Shown one piece after another: positions 1-12,341 of a stretch of DNA of 64,000 nt. How positions within the stretch are numbered: position 1 is the stretch's first letter; the number at the start of each line of letters is the position of its first letter. This DNA comes from Octopus sinensis. Taxonomy: Eukaryota. A model generated the notes under the pieces. It saw only the letters and a program-made list of their open reading frames with translations, made no database searches and was not told the DNA's origin. The stretch spans positions 92,814,001-92,878,000 of the forward strand of contig NC_043002.1 in assembly GCF_006345805.1 (NCBI RefSeq), written 5' to 3'. Made by a program: the position numbers and the translations under genes.

Positions 1-595
1 ATTATTTTGACCATTGAGAGTCTCTCTGCAGAATTTCACAGTTAGATGCAACATCTAACTGTGAAATAGTTATTGCTGTGGTAATATCAAGAAACGCAGA
101 TACCAACGTATCGTCATCATCATCATCATCATCATCATTATCCTTATTATCATCATTAATATGTCGTGTAACATACAGTTTATCTTTTGTTACAATCCTT
201 ATGGCATGTTAGCATTGTGTCCGTTATTCCAATTGAAATATCTACAGAATCTTCTGTAAAGACATTGACAGCCTAGTCATTATATATATATATATCTATT
301 ATATATATAAATTCGTACATACATACATATGTATATAGATATATTATATATATATATATATTATATATATATAAAATTCGTACATACATACATACATGTA
401 TATATATATAGATATATATATTATATATATTATATATATATATATATTATAAATTCGTTACATACATACATACAGTATATATATATATATAATATATATT
501 AAATTCGTACATACATACATACATACATACATACATACATACATACATACATACATACATACATACATGCATGTATATATATATATATATATATC

Positions 596-658
<63 letters not shown>

Positions 659-1158
659 TATACATATAAATATAAATATACATATACATATACATATACA
701 TATATATGTATGTATGTGGTATGTATGGGAAAATTTGCACAAAAAATATCGAAATATCGTTAATATTGTTCTTTCAAATCATTTCTAAACCCTTGGACAA
801 TTGTATGCCAATTCTTTCATATTATCTGTGACGTGTAAGGGAACAAATTCTTCGAAGATCTTTTGAATTATTCCATACTCGGCGGAACTATTAGGTAAAC
901 AGAAAGTAGACATCTTCCATTATTTGGTTTGTTTTTGCTGTCATTGGTCACCTCTACCAACTTAATGATGGTCACGAGGATGGTACTGCTGATGCTGATG
1001 ATGATGATGATGATGATGATGAAGTGGAGGCAGAGGAACTTGAGGAAAAGGAGCGGGAGGAGGAGCAAGACGAGGACTATGATGATGACAATGACGACAA
1101 TAATGGCGACGCCCATGATGAAGAATGAGTATGACGACGACAACGATGATGATAATGA

Positions 1159-1190
<32 letters not shown>

Positions 1191-1344
1191 CGATATTGGC
1201 TTCAGGTTACCTCACGAGTAAAATGCAATAAATTTTGTTCGAAGGTTGCAAATAAACATGCTGCATATTGTGTGTTTGAGTTTACATACGCATATATGAA
1301 AACATACACACGTACATACATGCACCCCTCACCTTCATCATCAT

Positions 1345-1398
<54 letters not shown>

Positions 1399-1399
1399 T

Positions 1400-1431
<32 letters not shown>

Positions 1432-1495
1432 CTTCATCATCATCATCATCTTCATCATCATCATTATTATCACCACCACCATCATCATCACCACC

Positions 1496-1529
<34 letters not shown>

Positions 1530-1716
1530 TCATCACTATAATTGACTAATAATAACAAAGAAGAACCAAATAATAAAAGAAGTCTACTTTATGTTTATTT
1601 AATAGTTCTTCTGTGTATGGAATAATTCAAAACTTCTTCGAAGAATTTGCTCTTTTACATATCTCAAATACATACATACATACATACATACATACATACA
1701 TACATACATACATACT

Positions 1717-2083
1717 TCTATGCATACTGCCTAAATACCAATCTTGAGAAATTAGGCTTCTCAAAACCAGGACGGAGAAAGCTGATTCAAAGACTACAAA
1801 TCCAAGCCATCACTGGAACTGTTAAAATCTGTAAAACTTCCCAGAAGTTTATCATTCAAGTATATATGCGCATGAGTAGACATGTAATTACATGCATGAG
1901 AATACATACGTAAAACAAAACCTACAAATCTGCATACATACATACATACATCATACATACATACATACATACATACAAAAGTACCCTGTTGATGTTGGAA
2001 TTCCAGTGAAGAAGTCTTGGATCTAGATTAGAAATCGGCTCTTTTTTGGTGGGCAAGAAATCTTGAAATAAAACTGAATAATG
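1717..2083 (+). mobile_element. R4/Dong-like non-LTR retrotransposon, subfamily A, 3' fragment plus 3' UTR (UTR contains a (TACA)n tract)
   Basis: Translates CLNTNLEKLGFSKPGRRKLIQRLQIQAITGTVKICKT, the C-terminus typical of REL-type LINEs. Begins right after (TACA)n. The distal UTR (1975-2083) recurs inverted at ~61530-61635. Confidence 0.7.
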
Positions 2084-2166
2084 ACATACATACATACATA
2101 CATACATACATACATACATACATACATACATACATACATACATACATACATACATACATACATACA

Positions 2167-2830
2167 TGTATGTCGTCATGGTACTATCTCCCTATGCGGG
2201 ATGATGTTGTTGCTAAAACAACTTACAATGCCATCCGCAAAAAAAAACACTGTCCAGAAATAAACTTAGAAAATCCTTGTTCTGGAATACATTCATAAAC
2301 ACCAACTCAAGCAATACTGGTGGAATATTCCCATCAAAACTTCTGTCAGATGTAAGCATAAGAGTCCGAATATTGTTGTTTGGGACGGAGAGACAAAGGT
2401 ATGTGGCGTCATAGAGGCTAGCTGCCCTGCAGATATAAATGTTTCTTTGAAAATCAAAGAAAATCAGGATATCTATGGACAGTTGTTTCGAAACCTCCAG
2501 CTTCTATATCCAGACTATGAATTCATATTCATACCAAAAATAATAATTGGAACACTAGGCTTTGTTACTAAATGCTTAAAGAAGAATTTGGATAAACTGG
2601 GATTTTCAGAAAGAGAAATTGACCGGCTGATTCGTACACTACAAGTCTAATCTGTGAGTGGAACAGTAAAAATATGCAAGACCTTTCTCGAGTTCCAAAT
2701 GGGTATTTGTCTGTGTTAACTACATCCCAATGATGGAGCTTTGTATCTTTGTTGGAAACCGGCTCCCTCCTCAGTGGAAGATATATAATAATCAAAAAAT
2801 ATAAGAGACATACATGCATACATACATACA
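2167..2830 (+). mobile_element. R4/Dong-like LINE, subfamily B, 5'-truncated 3' fragment (REL endonuclease region)
   Basis: Frameshifted RDDVVAKTTYNAIR...WWNIPIKTSVRCKHKSPNIVVWD...VIEASCPADINVSLKIKENQDIYGQLFRNLQ...IIGTLG. Homologous to 61745-62380 (-). Bounded by (TACA)n on both sides. Confidence 0.85.
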
Positions 2831-3359
2831 TGTAAATGAGTATTAAATAAGTTGTGGATTCAGAGAGTCGTGCGGCTATCACATTAATCTCTTCTTCCGG
2901 ACTCGGCTAACAGTTCACCTAGTAATCCAATAGAAAGCAGTGTAATGTAAAGTGCCCATGTAACCGAAATCCAGAAGATCCAATCAATGAAATTATTTCA
3001 TTGTGAGTATATAAGCCATAAAGTTAGGTGTTATGAGAGATGAATATATATCTATTTAAAATCACGTGACATCCTTAGGATTATATATGTTTCGCAACCT
3101 TCTTAATGTTACATTATTTTTAGCGTAGAACAAATTGTGCGTGTATGTTTGCAATAGTATGTACGTTCCGCATTACACAATACTATTGTATATTCCCAAA
3201 TTAATGCAAATTAAAAAGGCTAGCTCATCAGATCACCAGAGCTGAATCGTTGGTGTACTCAATCAATCGATTGTGAGATCGATTGATAAATGTGACTGTT
3301 GCACTACGGAGTAAAGATTCCCCGAATATATTGAAAACAGATGCAAGCTAACTGGAATG

Positions 3360-3427
<68 letters not shown>

Positions 3428-3529
3428 CCATTATCTTTATGCCTTTTCTAGACACACACTGGCCCACACACAAAGACATACACACACATACATATGTATG
3501 TATGAATGTGTGTGTATGTGTGTATGTAT

Positions 3530-3564
<35 letters not shown>

Positions 3565-4299
3565 TGGAACGATGAATCTCAGTGCTTCAAGATCAATAAT
3601 TCACAAAAAAAGTATTATTTCCCGCTTTCTTAAAGTTTCTAAATTCTTATGATATCAACAATATGTGTATGTGTGTTTGTGTGTATATGTGTGCGTGTGT
3701 GTATACTCACATACTTGGATGGATAGATGGATGCATGTATGTATGCTTGTGTGCATGTGCATATACATATATATATATATACATATATAAACATGTGTGT
3801 ACATGTATCTATATATGTGAGTATCTACAAGAATGCTTCAACACAACCTTAAGCAAGTATATATGTGTGAATGTAATCTATGTAGGTATATGTGTGATTG
3901 TTTCAATGCTCTCATATGTAAGGTAACAGCACATCTTCCCAGATTCAGTCCAGGGAGAGACAAAATACTTCAGTTTGTGTTTCTGAAACCAGAAGAAAAA
4001 TAGAAAAAAATATTCCAAATCAAAAAAAAATATGAATCACTGTTCTCAGAAGCCTTAAAAAAATGTAATCTTCGTGATTTTCTTTGAGGATTTTTACCTG
4101 ATAATATTTCTATGGCAATACGTTCGGAAGAAAGTGTTGTAAACAAAATGGCGTCGGTTAGCATTTGTTAGAGTGCGAGTGGGTGTTTTAGCGGCAGAAA
4201 TAACAGTAGTTAACTGCAAATAATACATGTGTATATGGCTCAATACAACGAAGAAGATAAGATGACATATAAGTACATATGGTATGTATGGTCCTGCTG

Positions 4300-4602
4300 T
4301 GAAGGCGCGTGGCTTAGTGGATAGGGTATTCGGCTCTCAATCGTCAGGTCATGAGGTCAATTCCCAGCAGCGAAATGTGTCGTTGAGGAAAACATTTTAT
4401 TTCACGTTGCTCCAGTCCATTCCTCTGGCAAAAATGAGTGGCACCTGTATTTCAAAGGGCCAGCCTTGTCACACACAGTACTACGTTAAGCGTACACGTG
4501 TCTGTGGAATGCTCAGCCACTCGTGCGTTAATTTCACGAGCAGAATGTTCCGTTGATCGGATCAACTGGAACACTCGTCGTCGTAACCGATAGAGTGCCA
4601 GT
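4300..4602 (+). mobile_element. tRNA-derived SINE, family C
   Basis: A-box-like TGGCTTAGTGG head, degenerate B box and CORE-like block. A second copy lies inverted at ~35890-36140. Confidence 0.75.
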
Positions 4603-4634
4603 TAGTATGGTCCTACTGTCTAATGACTGAAAGA

Positions 4635-4681
<47 letters not shown>

Positions 4682-4741
4682 AGTGTGTGTGTGTGTGTGT
4701 ATGTATGTATGTGTCTTTGATATTTAATCATTGTTTACTCT

Positions 4742-5765
4742 TACACTTTGGAAGATTCTCAGACACTGTGGTTTCCCACCCAAATTAGTCAAGATGATTC
4801 GTTTATGGTATTAAAACTTTGAATGTCAAGTTATACACACTAACAAGCTGACAGATCCGTTCGAGATCAAAACCGGAGTCAAACAAGGATGTGTGTCATC
4901 ACCAATCTTATTTTCATTGGCAGTGAATTGGTTGATGCAAAGAACGACAGAAGAATATAAGCGAGGTATAGAATGGAACACAATTCAACTAGAAGATTTA
5001 GATTATGCAGACGACATTTGTTTGTTCTCATACACGCCTCAAGAGTTATAAGACAAATCTGAAAGACTTAGTCAAATCGCCAACACCATAGGTCTCAAAA
5101 TCAACAAAATGTACACTCTTTGTAAAAATATAATAGATGATGACAATGTGACTTTGAACGGCAAACCAATAGCAAATGTTAACTATCTAGGCACCAAAAT
5201 AACAATGGATGGGGACTACATTCATGAAATAAATACAAGAATCAGCAAAGCCAAACAATCATTCGGTATGTTAAATTCAATATGGAAAACATCAATACTC
5301 AGCAAGAGCACCAAAGTACGATTTTGCAATACCAACTTCCTCTATAGCATCTTCCTCTATGGATCCGAATGTTGGAAAACTAAAAGTATAGAAAAGAAAT
5401 CGTAGGTGTTTCAAAATAATTATTTACGAAAAATTTTGAAGGTCTACTGGCTGAATATGGTCACGAATAGCCAAGTACACACCAAGGCTAACGTGAAACC
5501 ATTAAGAGAAGCTACTGAAGCAAAGAGATGGAAATGGCTGGATCGAGTTTGTTGATATAAACCGAATTCAATTATCAGGATCGCTTTGCAATCGGTTCCA
5601 CAAAGTAAAAGAAGACACGGCCGACCAAAGGAAACACGACAGAGAACAATAACGAAAGATCTTAAAGGTAATGGGTTAACAATGGTAGACGCTGCCAAGG
5701 ACGCTTTTAGTGTCAGAAGATGGAATGATCTTGCTGTCATCTCAAGTTCCACAAGGCACAATGAG
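4742..5765 (+). mobile_element. RTE-clade LINE fragment (RT domain to 3' end), degraded
   Basis: LWKILRHCGFPPKLVKMIRLWY*...KTGVKQGCVSSPILF...LEDLDYADDICL (YADD motif), followed by RWKWL and RRHGRPKETRQRTI; contains stops and frameshifts. Confidence 0.9.
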
Positions 5766-5986
5766 AACCGAATAAATAATGAATTTATTCGTTTCAGTCA
5801 TTTGACTGCGGCCATGCTGGGAAACCGCCTTGAAGGGTTTAGTCGAACAAATCGACCCAGTACTTCTTTTAAAACCTAGTACATATTCTATCGGTCTCTT
5901 TTGCTGAACACAATCCTTAGGCTCCATCTCTTACCAGATGGAGTGCTTCCACACACTTTTTTTTGTTGATTTTTTTCCACAGTACA

Positions 5987-6042
<56 letters not shown>

Positions 6043-6379
6043 GTATGATTGTTTATTTAAAGGGCATAATACATGTCTTTAAGTGCTACTAATAGTTTCA
6101 TATGTTGCGAAATACTCAAAAATATTCTTCAGACACAAACCACATATAACGAACTAAAAATTAAAAAAAAGGTGAATAATAGAAGAAACGCGAAAAAAAA
6201 ACCCTGAGAAGGCGGCATATAGAAAATGCAGAAAGGAAAACGGAAAACGAAAACGCAAAAACAAAAATGTAAAAAGTAAAAAGGTAAAGAAACTAACCTC
6301 CTTAGGTCTTATATTATAAGGCTGGAAAGATATCAACAAGTCAATCAGGAATAGACTATCACGGAACAGTACATTATAT

Positions 6380-6792
6380 ACTCTTTACTCTCTTTTACTT
6401 GTTTCAGTCATTTGACTGCGGCCATGCTGGAGCACCGCCTTTAGTCGAGCAAATCGACCCCGGGACTTATTCTTTGTAAGCCCAGTACTTATTCTATCGG
6501 TCTCTTTTGCCGAACCGCTAAGTGACGGGGACGTAAACACACCAGCATCGGTTGTCAAGCAATGCTAGGGGGACAAACACAGATACACAAACACACACAT
6601 ATATATATATATATATATACATATATATACGACAGGCTTCTTTCAGTTTCCGTCTACCAAATCCACTCACAAGGCACTGGTCGGCCCGGGGCTATAGCTG
6701 AAGACACTTGCCCAAGATGCCACGCAGTGGGACTGAACACGGAACCATGTGGTTGGTTAGCAAGCTACTTACCACACAGCCACTCCTGCGCC
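6380..6792 (-). mobile_element. tRNA-derived CORE-type SINE, family A (octopus OR-like), full length
   Basis: Head AGGCGCAGGAGTGGCTGTGTGG..GTTCAGTCCC, CORE-like CTTGGGCAAGTGTCTT, internal (TA)/(TG) tract, tail GCGGTGCTCCAGCATGGCCGCAGTCAAATGACTGAAACAAGTAAAAGAG. Confidence 0.9.
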
Positions 6793-6845
6793 TATTATAT
6801 ATATATTTTCACTCAGCAAAAACATTACAATATCAATGAACCCGC

Positions 6846-6889
<44 letters not shown>

Positions 6890-6895
6890 ACATAC

Positions 6896-6947
<52 letters not shown>

Positions 6948-7042
6948 CTCAACGCACAATCCAGGCGATTTCCCTTTGAAACAGTTCACATATCTTATTC
7001 ATATTAAGTACGTAATGGTTTCGTTGAAGTCTTGTGCAAACC

Positions 7043-7215
7043 TATTTCTTTACTACCCACAAGGGGCTAAACACAGAGAGGACAGACAAGGACAGACAAA
7101 CGGATTAAGTCGATTACATCGATCCCCAGTGCGTAACTGGTACTTAATTTATCGACCCCGAAAGGATGAAAGGCAAAGTCGACCTCGGCGGAATTTGAAC
7201 TCAGAACGTAACGGC
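7043..7215 (-). mobile_element. SINE family B, 5'-truncated single body unit with 14-bp TSD (duplicated copy at ~8927-9100)
   Basis: Flanked by direct repeats GTCTTGTGCAAACC. Body contains GAGTTCAAATTCCGCCGAGGTCGACTTTGCCTTTCATCCTTTCGGGGTCGATAAATTAAGTACCAG. Confidence 0.9.
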
Positions 7216-7439
7216 TGTCTTGTGCAAACCATTTGATTCTACAACAGGCTCCGCAGCTAAACTGGGCTTGCGGGGTTTTTTTTTTTTTTATTAAAAACCA
7301 GCAGAGATACCTTTTTTCGGGATTAAAATGGCATAGCTTTTTTACTGTTTTACTTATTTCAGTCATGTGACTGCGGCCATGCTGGAAAAAATCAACTACA
7401 CGATTTATTCTTTGTAAGCCTAGTACTTATTCTGCTGGA

Positions 7440-7676
7440 GTATAAGTCACATCCCTTGTATTAAAGACTTTTGTTACCTGAAACATAAGGGGTCGGTTTA
7501 TCGATTTTTTTTAATGACTTTGCGGGGTGACTGGGGAAATGTAAAGATGTGCACGACCACCCTTAGACGGTTTTGAATGACTATAGAAAGTGCGAGCCCT
7601 CTTACTGAAAAATTGTGGACTTGTATAAAGGAAACACAGACAGACATTTTGCCGTTTATATATATAGAGAGAGATT
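7440..7676 (-). mobile_element. Helitron-like non-autonomous element, 5' (TC) end fragment (second copy ~9295-9520)
   Basis: Ends ACAGACAGACATTTTGCCGTTTATATATATAGAGAGA, like the complete element at 43991-44394; A|TC junction on the minus strand. Confidence 0.6.
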
Positions 7677-10631
7677 CAATTGGTTTTGTCTTTCAACTCC
7701 GCCCGCATCTGACGCAACAGCGTTTTTCTAGGGACTCTGCTGATTAAGTGTAGCAGGGGTTTTTGAGATGTGTTGTGTTTCTTTTTCTTTTTCTTTCTTT
7801 TTTTGTTATTGTTTTCCAAATAATGTAAAAATGCCAAAGGACTCTCAGTATTGATTCGAAATAATCTGTTTTGAATTCAGAATTCTTCATAAAATAGATG
7901 TGTTTCTGTAAATTTTCTTTCCTCCTCCCATTTCTCTTTTTCTTTCTTCGTCTTCTCTCCTCCACCTCTTCTTTTCTCCACTTCTTCGTCTTCTTTTCTC
8001 CTCTTCCTTCTTTTTCCCCCTTCTTCGTGCACTTATGCATATATCGGCATCATACCTATTGTAGACTTTCTCTCAAGCAATCATGCATAGGCATATGCAT
8101 TCTTTCGCACACATGCATTCACTCTCTCCCACTCTCCTTCTTTCTCTCTCTCTCTCTCTCTTTCACTTTCTCTCTCTCTCTCTCTCTCGCCCTAACTTTG
8201 TCTTTTCTCTAACTCTTTCTCTCTTTCTTTGTCCCTCTTTCTTTCTCACTCTCTATCTCTGTCTCTTTATTTCTCTCTTTCTCTGTCTCTAACTCTCTCT
8301 TTTCTCTCTTTTATCTCTCTCATCTCTTTCACTTTCACTTTCTCTCTCTCTCTCTAACTTTGTATTTTCTCTAACTCTTTCTCTCTCTCTTTGTCCCTCT
8401 TTCTTTCTCATTCTCTCTCTGTCTCTCTGTTTCTATTTCTCTCTAACTATCTTTTCTCTAATTCTTTCCCTCTCTTTTTTCTTTCTTTCTCACTCTCTCT
8501 CTCTTTCTCACTCTCTCTCTCTCTCTTCTCTCTCTTTCTCTCTCTAACTTTCTCTTTTCCCCTAACTCTTCTCCTCTCCGTTTCTCTCTTTCTTTCCATC
8601 TATCTCACTCTCTCCCTCTAACTCTTCTTTCCTTTCTCTCTCTCTCTCTCACTCACTCTCTCTCTCTCTTGTTTTCTCTTTTTTCTCTGTTTTTCACGTA
8701 CGTATGCATATATACATTCAATATGCACTTACACTCACGCACGCACACACACACACACCACACACACACATACACACATACACACACACGCGCGCACACA
8801 CACACACCACACCAAACACACACACACCCTTCTCAACGCACAATCCAGGCGATTTCCCTTTGAAACAGTTCACATATCTTATTCATATTAAGTACGTAAT
8901 GGTTTCGTTGAAGTCTTGTGCAAACCTATTTCTTTACTACCCACAAGGGGCTAAACACAGAGAGGACAGACAAGGACAGACAAACGGATTAAGTCGATTA
9001 CATCGATCCCCAGTGCGTAACTGGTACTTAATTTATCGACCCCGAAAGGATGAAAGGCAAAGTCGACCTCGGCGGAATTTGAACTCAGAACGTAACGGCT
9101 GTCTTGTGCAAACCATTTAATTCTACAACAGGCTCCGCAGCTAAACTGGGCTTGCGAGATACCCTTTTTCGGGATTAAAATGGCATATAGCTTTTTACTG
9201 TTTTACTTATTTCAGTCATGTGACTGCGGCCATGCTGGAAAAAATCAACTACACGATTTATTCTTTGTAAGCCTAGTACTTATTCTGCTGGAGTATAAGT
9301 CACATCCCTTGTATTAAAGACTTTTGTTACCTGAAACATAAGGGGTCGGTTTATCGATTTTTTTAATGACTTTGCGGGGTGACTGGGGAAATGTAAAGAT
9401 GTGCCGACCACCCTTAGACGGTTTTGAATGACCATAGAAAGTGCGAGCCCTCTTACTGAAAAATTGTGGACTTGTATAAAGGAACACGACGACATTTTTC
9501 CGTTTATATATATAGAGAGAGATTCAATTGGTTTTGTCTTTCAACTCCGCCCGCATCTGACAACAGCGTTTTTCTAGGACTCTGCTGATTAAGTGTAGCA
9601 GGGGTTTTTGAGATGTGTTGTGTTTTTCTTCTTTTTCTCTTTCTTTTTGTTATTGTTTTCCAAATAATGTAAAAATGCCAAAGGACTCTCAGTATTGATT
9701 CGAAATAATCTGTTTTGAATTCAGAATTCTTCATAAAATAGATGTGTTTCTGTAAATTTTTCTTTCCTCCTCCCATTTCTCTTTTTCTTTCTTCGTCTTC
9801 TCCTTCTCCACCTCCTTCTTTTCTTCCACTTCTTCGTCTTCTTTTCTCCTCTTCCTTCTTTTTCCCCCTTCTTCGTGCACTTATGCATATATCGGCATCA
9901 TACCTATTGTAGACTTTCTCTCAAGCAATCATGCATAGGCATATGCATTCTTTCGCACACATGCATTCACTCTCTCCCACTCTCCTTCTTTCTCTCTCTC
10001 TCTCTCTCTTTCACTTTCTCTCTCTCTTTCTCTCGCCCTAACTTTGTCTTTTCTCTAACTCTTTCTCTCTTTCTTTGTCCCTCTTTCTTTCTCACTCTCT
10101 ATCTCTGTCTCTTCTTATTTCTCTCTTTCTCGGTCTCTAACTCTCTCTCCTTTTTCTCTCTTTTAAAATCTCTCTCTCATCTTTCACTTTCCACTTTCTC
10201 TCTCTCGCTCTCACCTTCTCTCTTCTTCTCTCTAACTAACTTTGTATTTTCTCTAACCTTCTCTCTCTCTCTTCTTTGTCCCTCTTTCTTTCTCATTCTC
10301 TCTCTGTCTCTTGTTTCTATTTCTCTCTAACTCTCTTTTCTCTAATTCTTTCCCTCTCTTTTTTTTTTTCTTTCTTTCTCACTCTCTCTTCTTTCTCACT
10401 CTCTCTCTCTCTCTCTCTTCTCTCTCTTTCTCTCTCTCTAACTTTCTCTTTTCCCCTAACTCTTCTCCTCTCTCGTTTTCTCTCTTTCTTTCCATCTATC
10501 TCACTCTCTCCCTCTAACTCTTCTTTCCTTTCTCTCTCTCTCTCTCACTCTCTCTCTCTCTTTGTTTCTCTTTTTTCTCTGTTTTTCACGCACGTATGCA
10601 TATATACATTCAATATGCACTTACACTCACG

Positions 10632-10676
<45 letters not shown>

Positions 10677-10843
10677 GCGCACACAGACACACATGAATAC
10701 ATCGCTCCTCCCAATCACACACTCACACACTCCTAAACAAATGTTACAAGTAAGGCTTCCTGTCTGTACCCGTAATGCACATCCGTTAATGCAAAATGTC
10801 TATGAAGACGGGTGGGCTTTAAAACACACCTCGATCTATATTC

Positions 10844-11064
10844 CAGACGTGGGCAACCTTTTTTGAGAAGCTGGCCACATGAGACATGGCTCCTTATTAA
10901 GTGGGCGGCTGCACTATGAAAAAAAAATTGACAGTAAAATTTTGTTAGGCGTGCTATTCAGAAAGTGCTGCAGGCCGTACTATGAAAAACAAAAAATTCA
11001 AGGTAATATTTTGTTAGGTGTACCATTCAGAAAGTCTTGCGAGCCGCAGGTTGCCCACGAGAAG
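10844..11064. mobile_element. hAT(Charlie)-like MITE
   Basis: Imperfect TIRs CAGACGTGGGCAACCT / AGGTTGCCCACG and an internal ~65-bp direct repeat; no clear TSD. Confidence 0.55.
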
Positions 11065-11094
11065 AGTACAACTGTCGAGCGAATCTGTAATTAA

Positions 11095-11517
11095 TATCTA
11101 TTTCTTTATTACCCACAAGGGGCTAAACACAGAGGGGACAAACAAGGACAGACATAGGTATTAAGTCGATTACATCGACCCCAGTGCGTAAGTGGTACTT
11201 ATTTAATCGACCCCGAAAGGATGAAAAGCAAAGTCGACCTCGGCGGAATTTGAACTCACAACGTAACGGCAGACGAAATACCTATTTCTTTATTACCCAC
11301 AAGGGGCTAAACACAAAGGGGACAAACAAGGACAGACATAGGTATTAAGTCGATTACATAGACCCCAGTGCGTAACTGGTACTTAATTTATCGACCCCGA
11401 AAGGATGAAAGGTAAAGTCGACCTCGGCGGAATTTGAACTCACAACGTAACATCAGACGAAATACGGCTACGCATTTCGCCCGGAGTGCTAACGTCTCTG
11501 CCAGCTCCCCGCCTTAA
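11095..11517 (-). mobile_element. SINE family B dimer (head + two tandem body units) with 13-bp TSD
   Basis: TSD AATCTGTAATTAA at 11082-11094 and 11518-11530; internal junction GAAATACCTATTTC at 11275-11288. Confidence 0.9.
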
Positions 11518-11522
11518 AATCT

Positions 11523-11792
11523 GTAATTAAAATCGTTCCGCCGACCTTCCTGAATAGGGAGGAGCGAGCCTGTTTTCTCTCGGTAGTTGCTATGGCGAAA
11601 GAGGTAGTATGGAAGACGAGAGTGAAAGGAATTGCAACAGGCATGTTCATCTCCAGTCTCGAGCTAATCGACTTTTTCGTTTTCCACATGAAACAGAAAA
11701 TAAGGCTGGAGAAGAAATGCCTGTCGCAAAGTGTGTTTCGTAAAAGATGGAAGTCTGCATCAACTATGTTGCGAGTGAAAGAACCTGTTTAA
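11523..11792 (+). mobile_element. Possible Tx1/L1-like LINE ORF2 C-terminal fragment
   Basis: Open frame ...VVAMAKEVVWKTRVKG...RLEKKCLSQSVFRKRW resembles, from recall, Tx1-type ORF2 C-termini; no RT motif present. Confidence 0.4.
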
Positions 11793-12063
11793 ACGAGAAT
11801 ATAAAAAGGAGAAAGCAAAGTCTTCAGTGTGAGTATGTGGTTTGTGGCGTCGACCGCATCCTCCGCTTCATTTTTTGTTAATCACTCATTCTCATTTAAT
11901 TGTATATATTTTAATTGTTTGTTTATTCATGCGTTTCGTCTCATTCGATATCCTGACCCCAATGTTTGTTTTGTTTGTACTCGTATCGTCCCCTCTTTTT
12001 CTCAACCTCATAGTTAATAAAGAAACTGACTGCTTACGCACGCACACACACACACACAGAGAC

Positions 12064-12109
<46 letters not shown>

Positions 12110-12306
12110 AAACAATACTGGGAGGATAAGAAACGGAACGAAGCGAAGACTCGAACGAACCCGACGCGAAGCGGTGTCGACAATAGTGTAATAAAAAATA
12201 TATGCATACATACAAACATATATGTACGGTACCTACATCTACATGCATATATAATATATATATATATATATATATACTATATATATATTAATATATATAT
12301 ATATAT

Positions 12307-12341
<35 letters not shown>

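Larger units (their letters stand above)
6946..10690. repeat. Two-copy tandem duplication, period ~1884 bp (6946-8829 and 8830-~10690), bounded by (CA)n tracts
   Basis: Identical starts TTCTCAACGCACAATCCAGGCG at 6946 and 8830. Co-linear SINE, Helitron and (CT)n content; scattered small indels between copies. Confidence 0.95.

Noticed and set aside
2876-2997. Minus-strand hydrophobic frame NNFIDWIFWISVTWALYITLLSIGLLGELLAESGRRD resembling a membrane-protein tail
   Set aside because: Short, bounded by stops, no start codon or splice acceptor; reading with the mitochondrial code does not give a recognisable protein.
4300-4380. tRNA genes at SINE heads (also 13103 and 45172)
   Set aside because: A/B boxes are present but there is no intact cloverleaf, and each continues into a SINE body.
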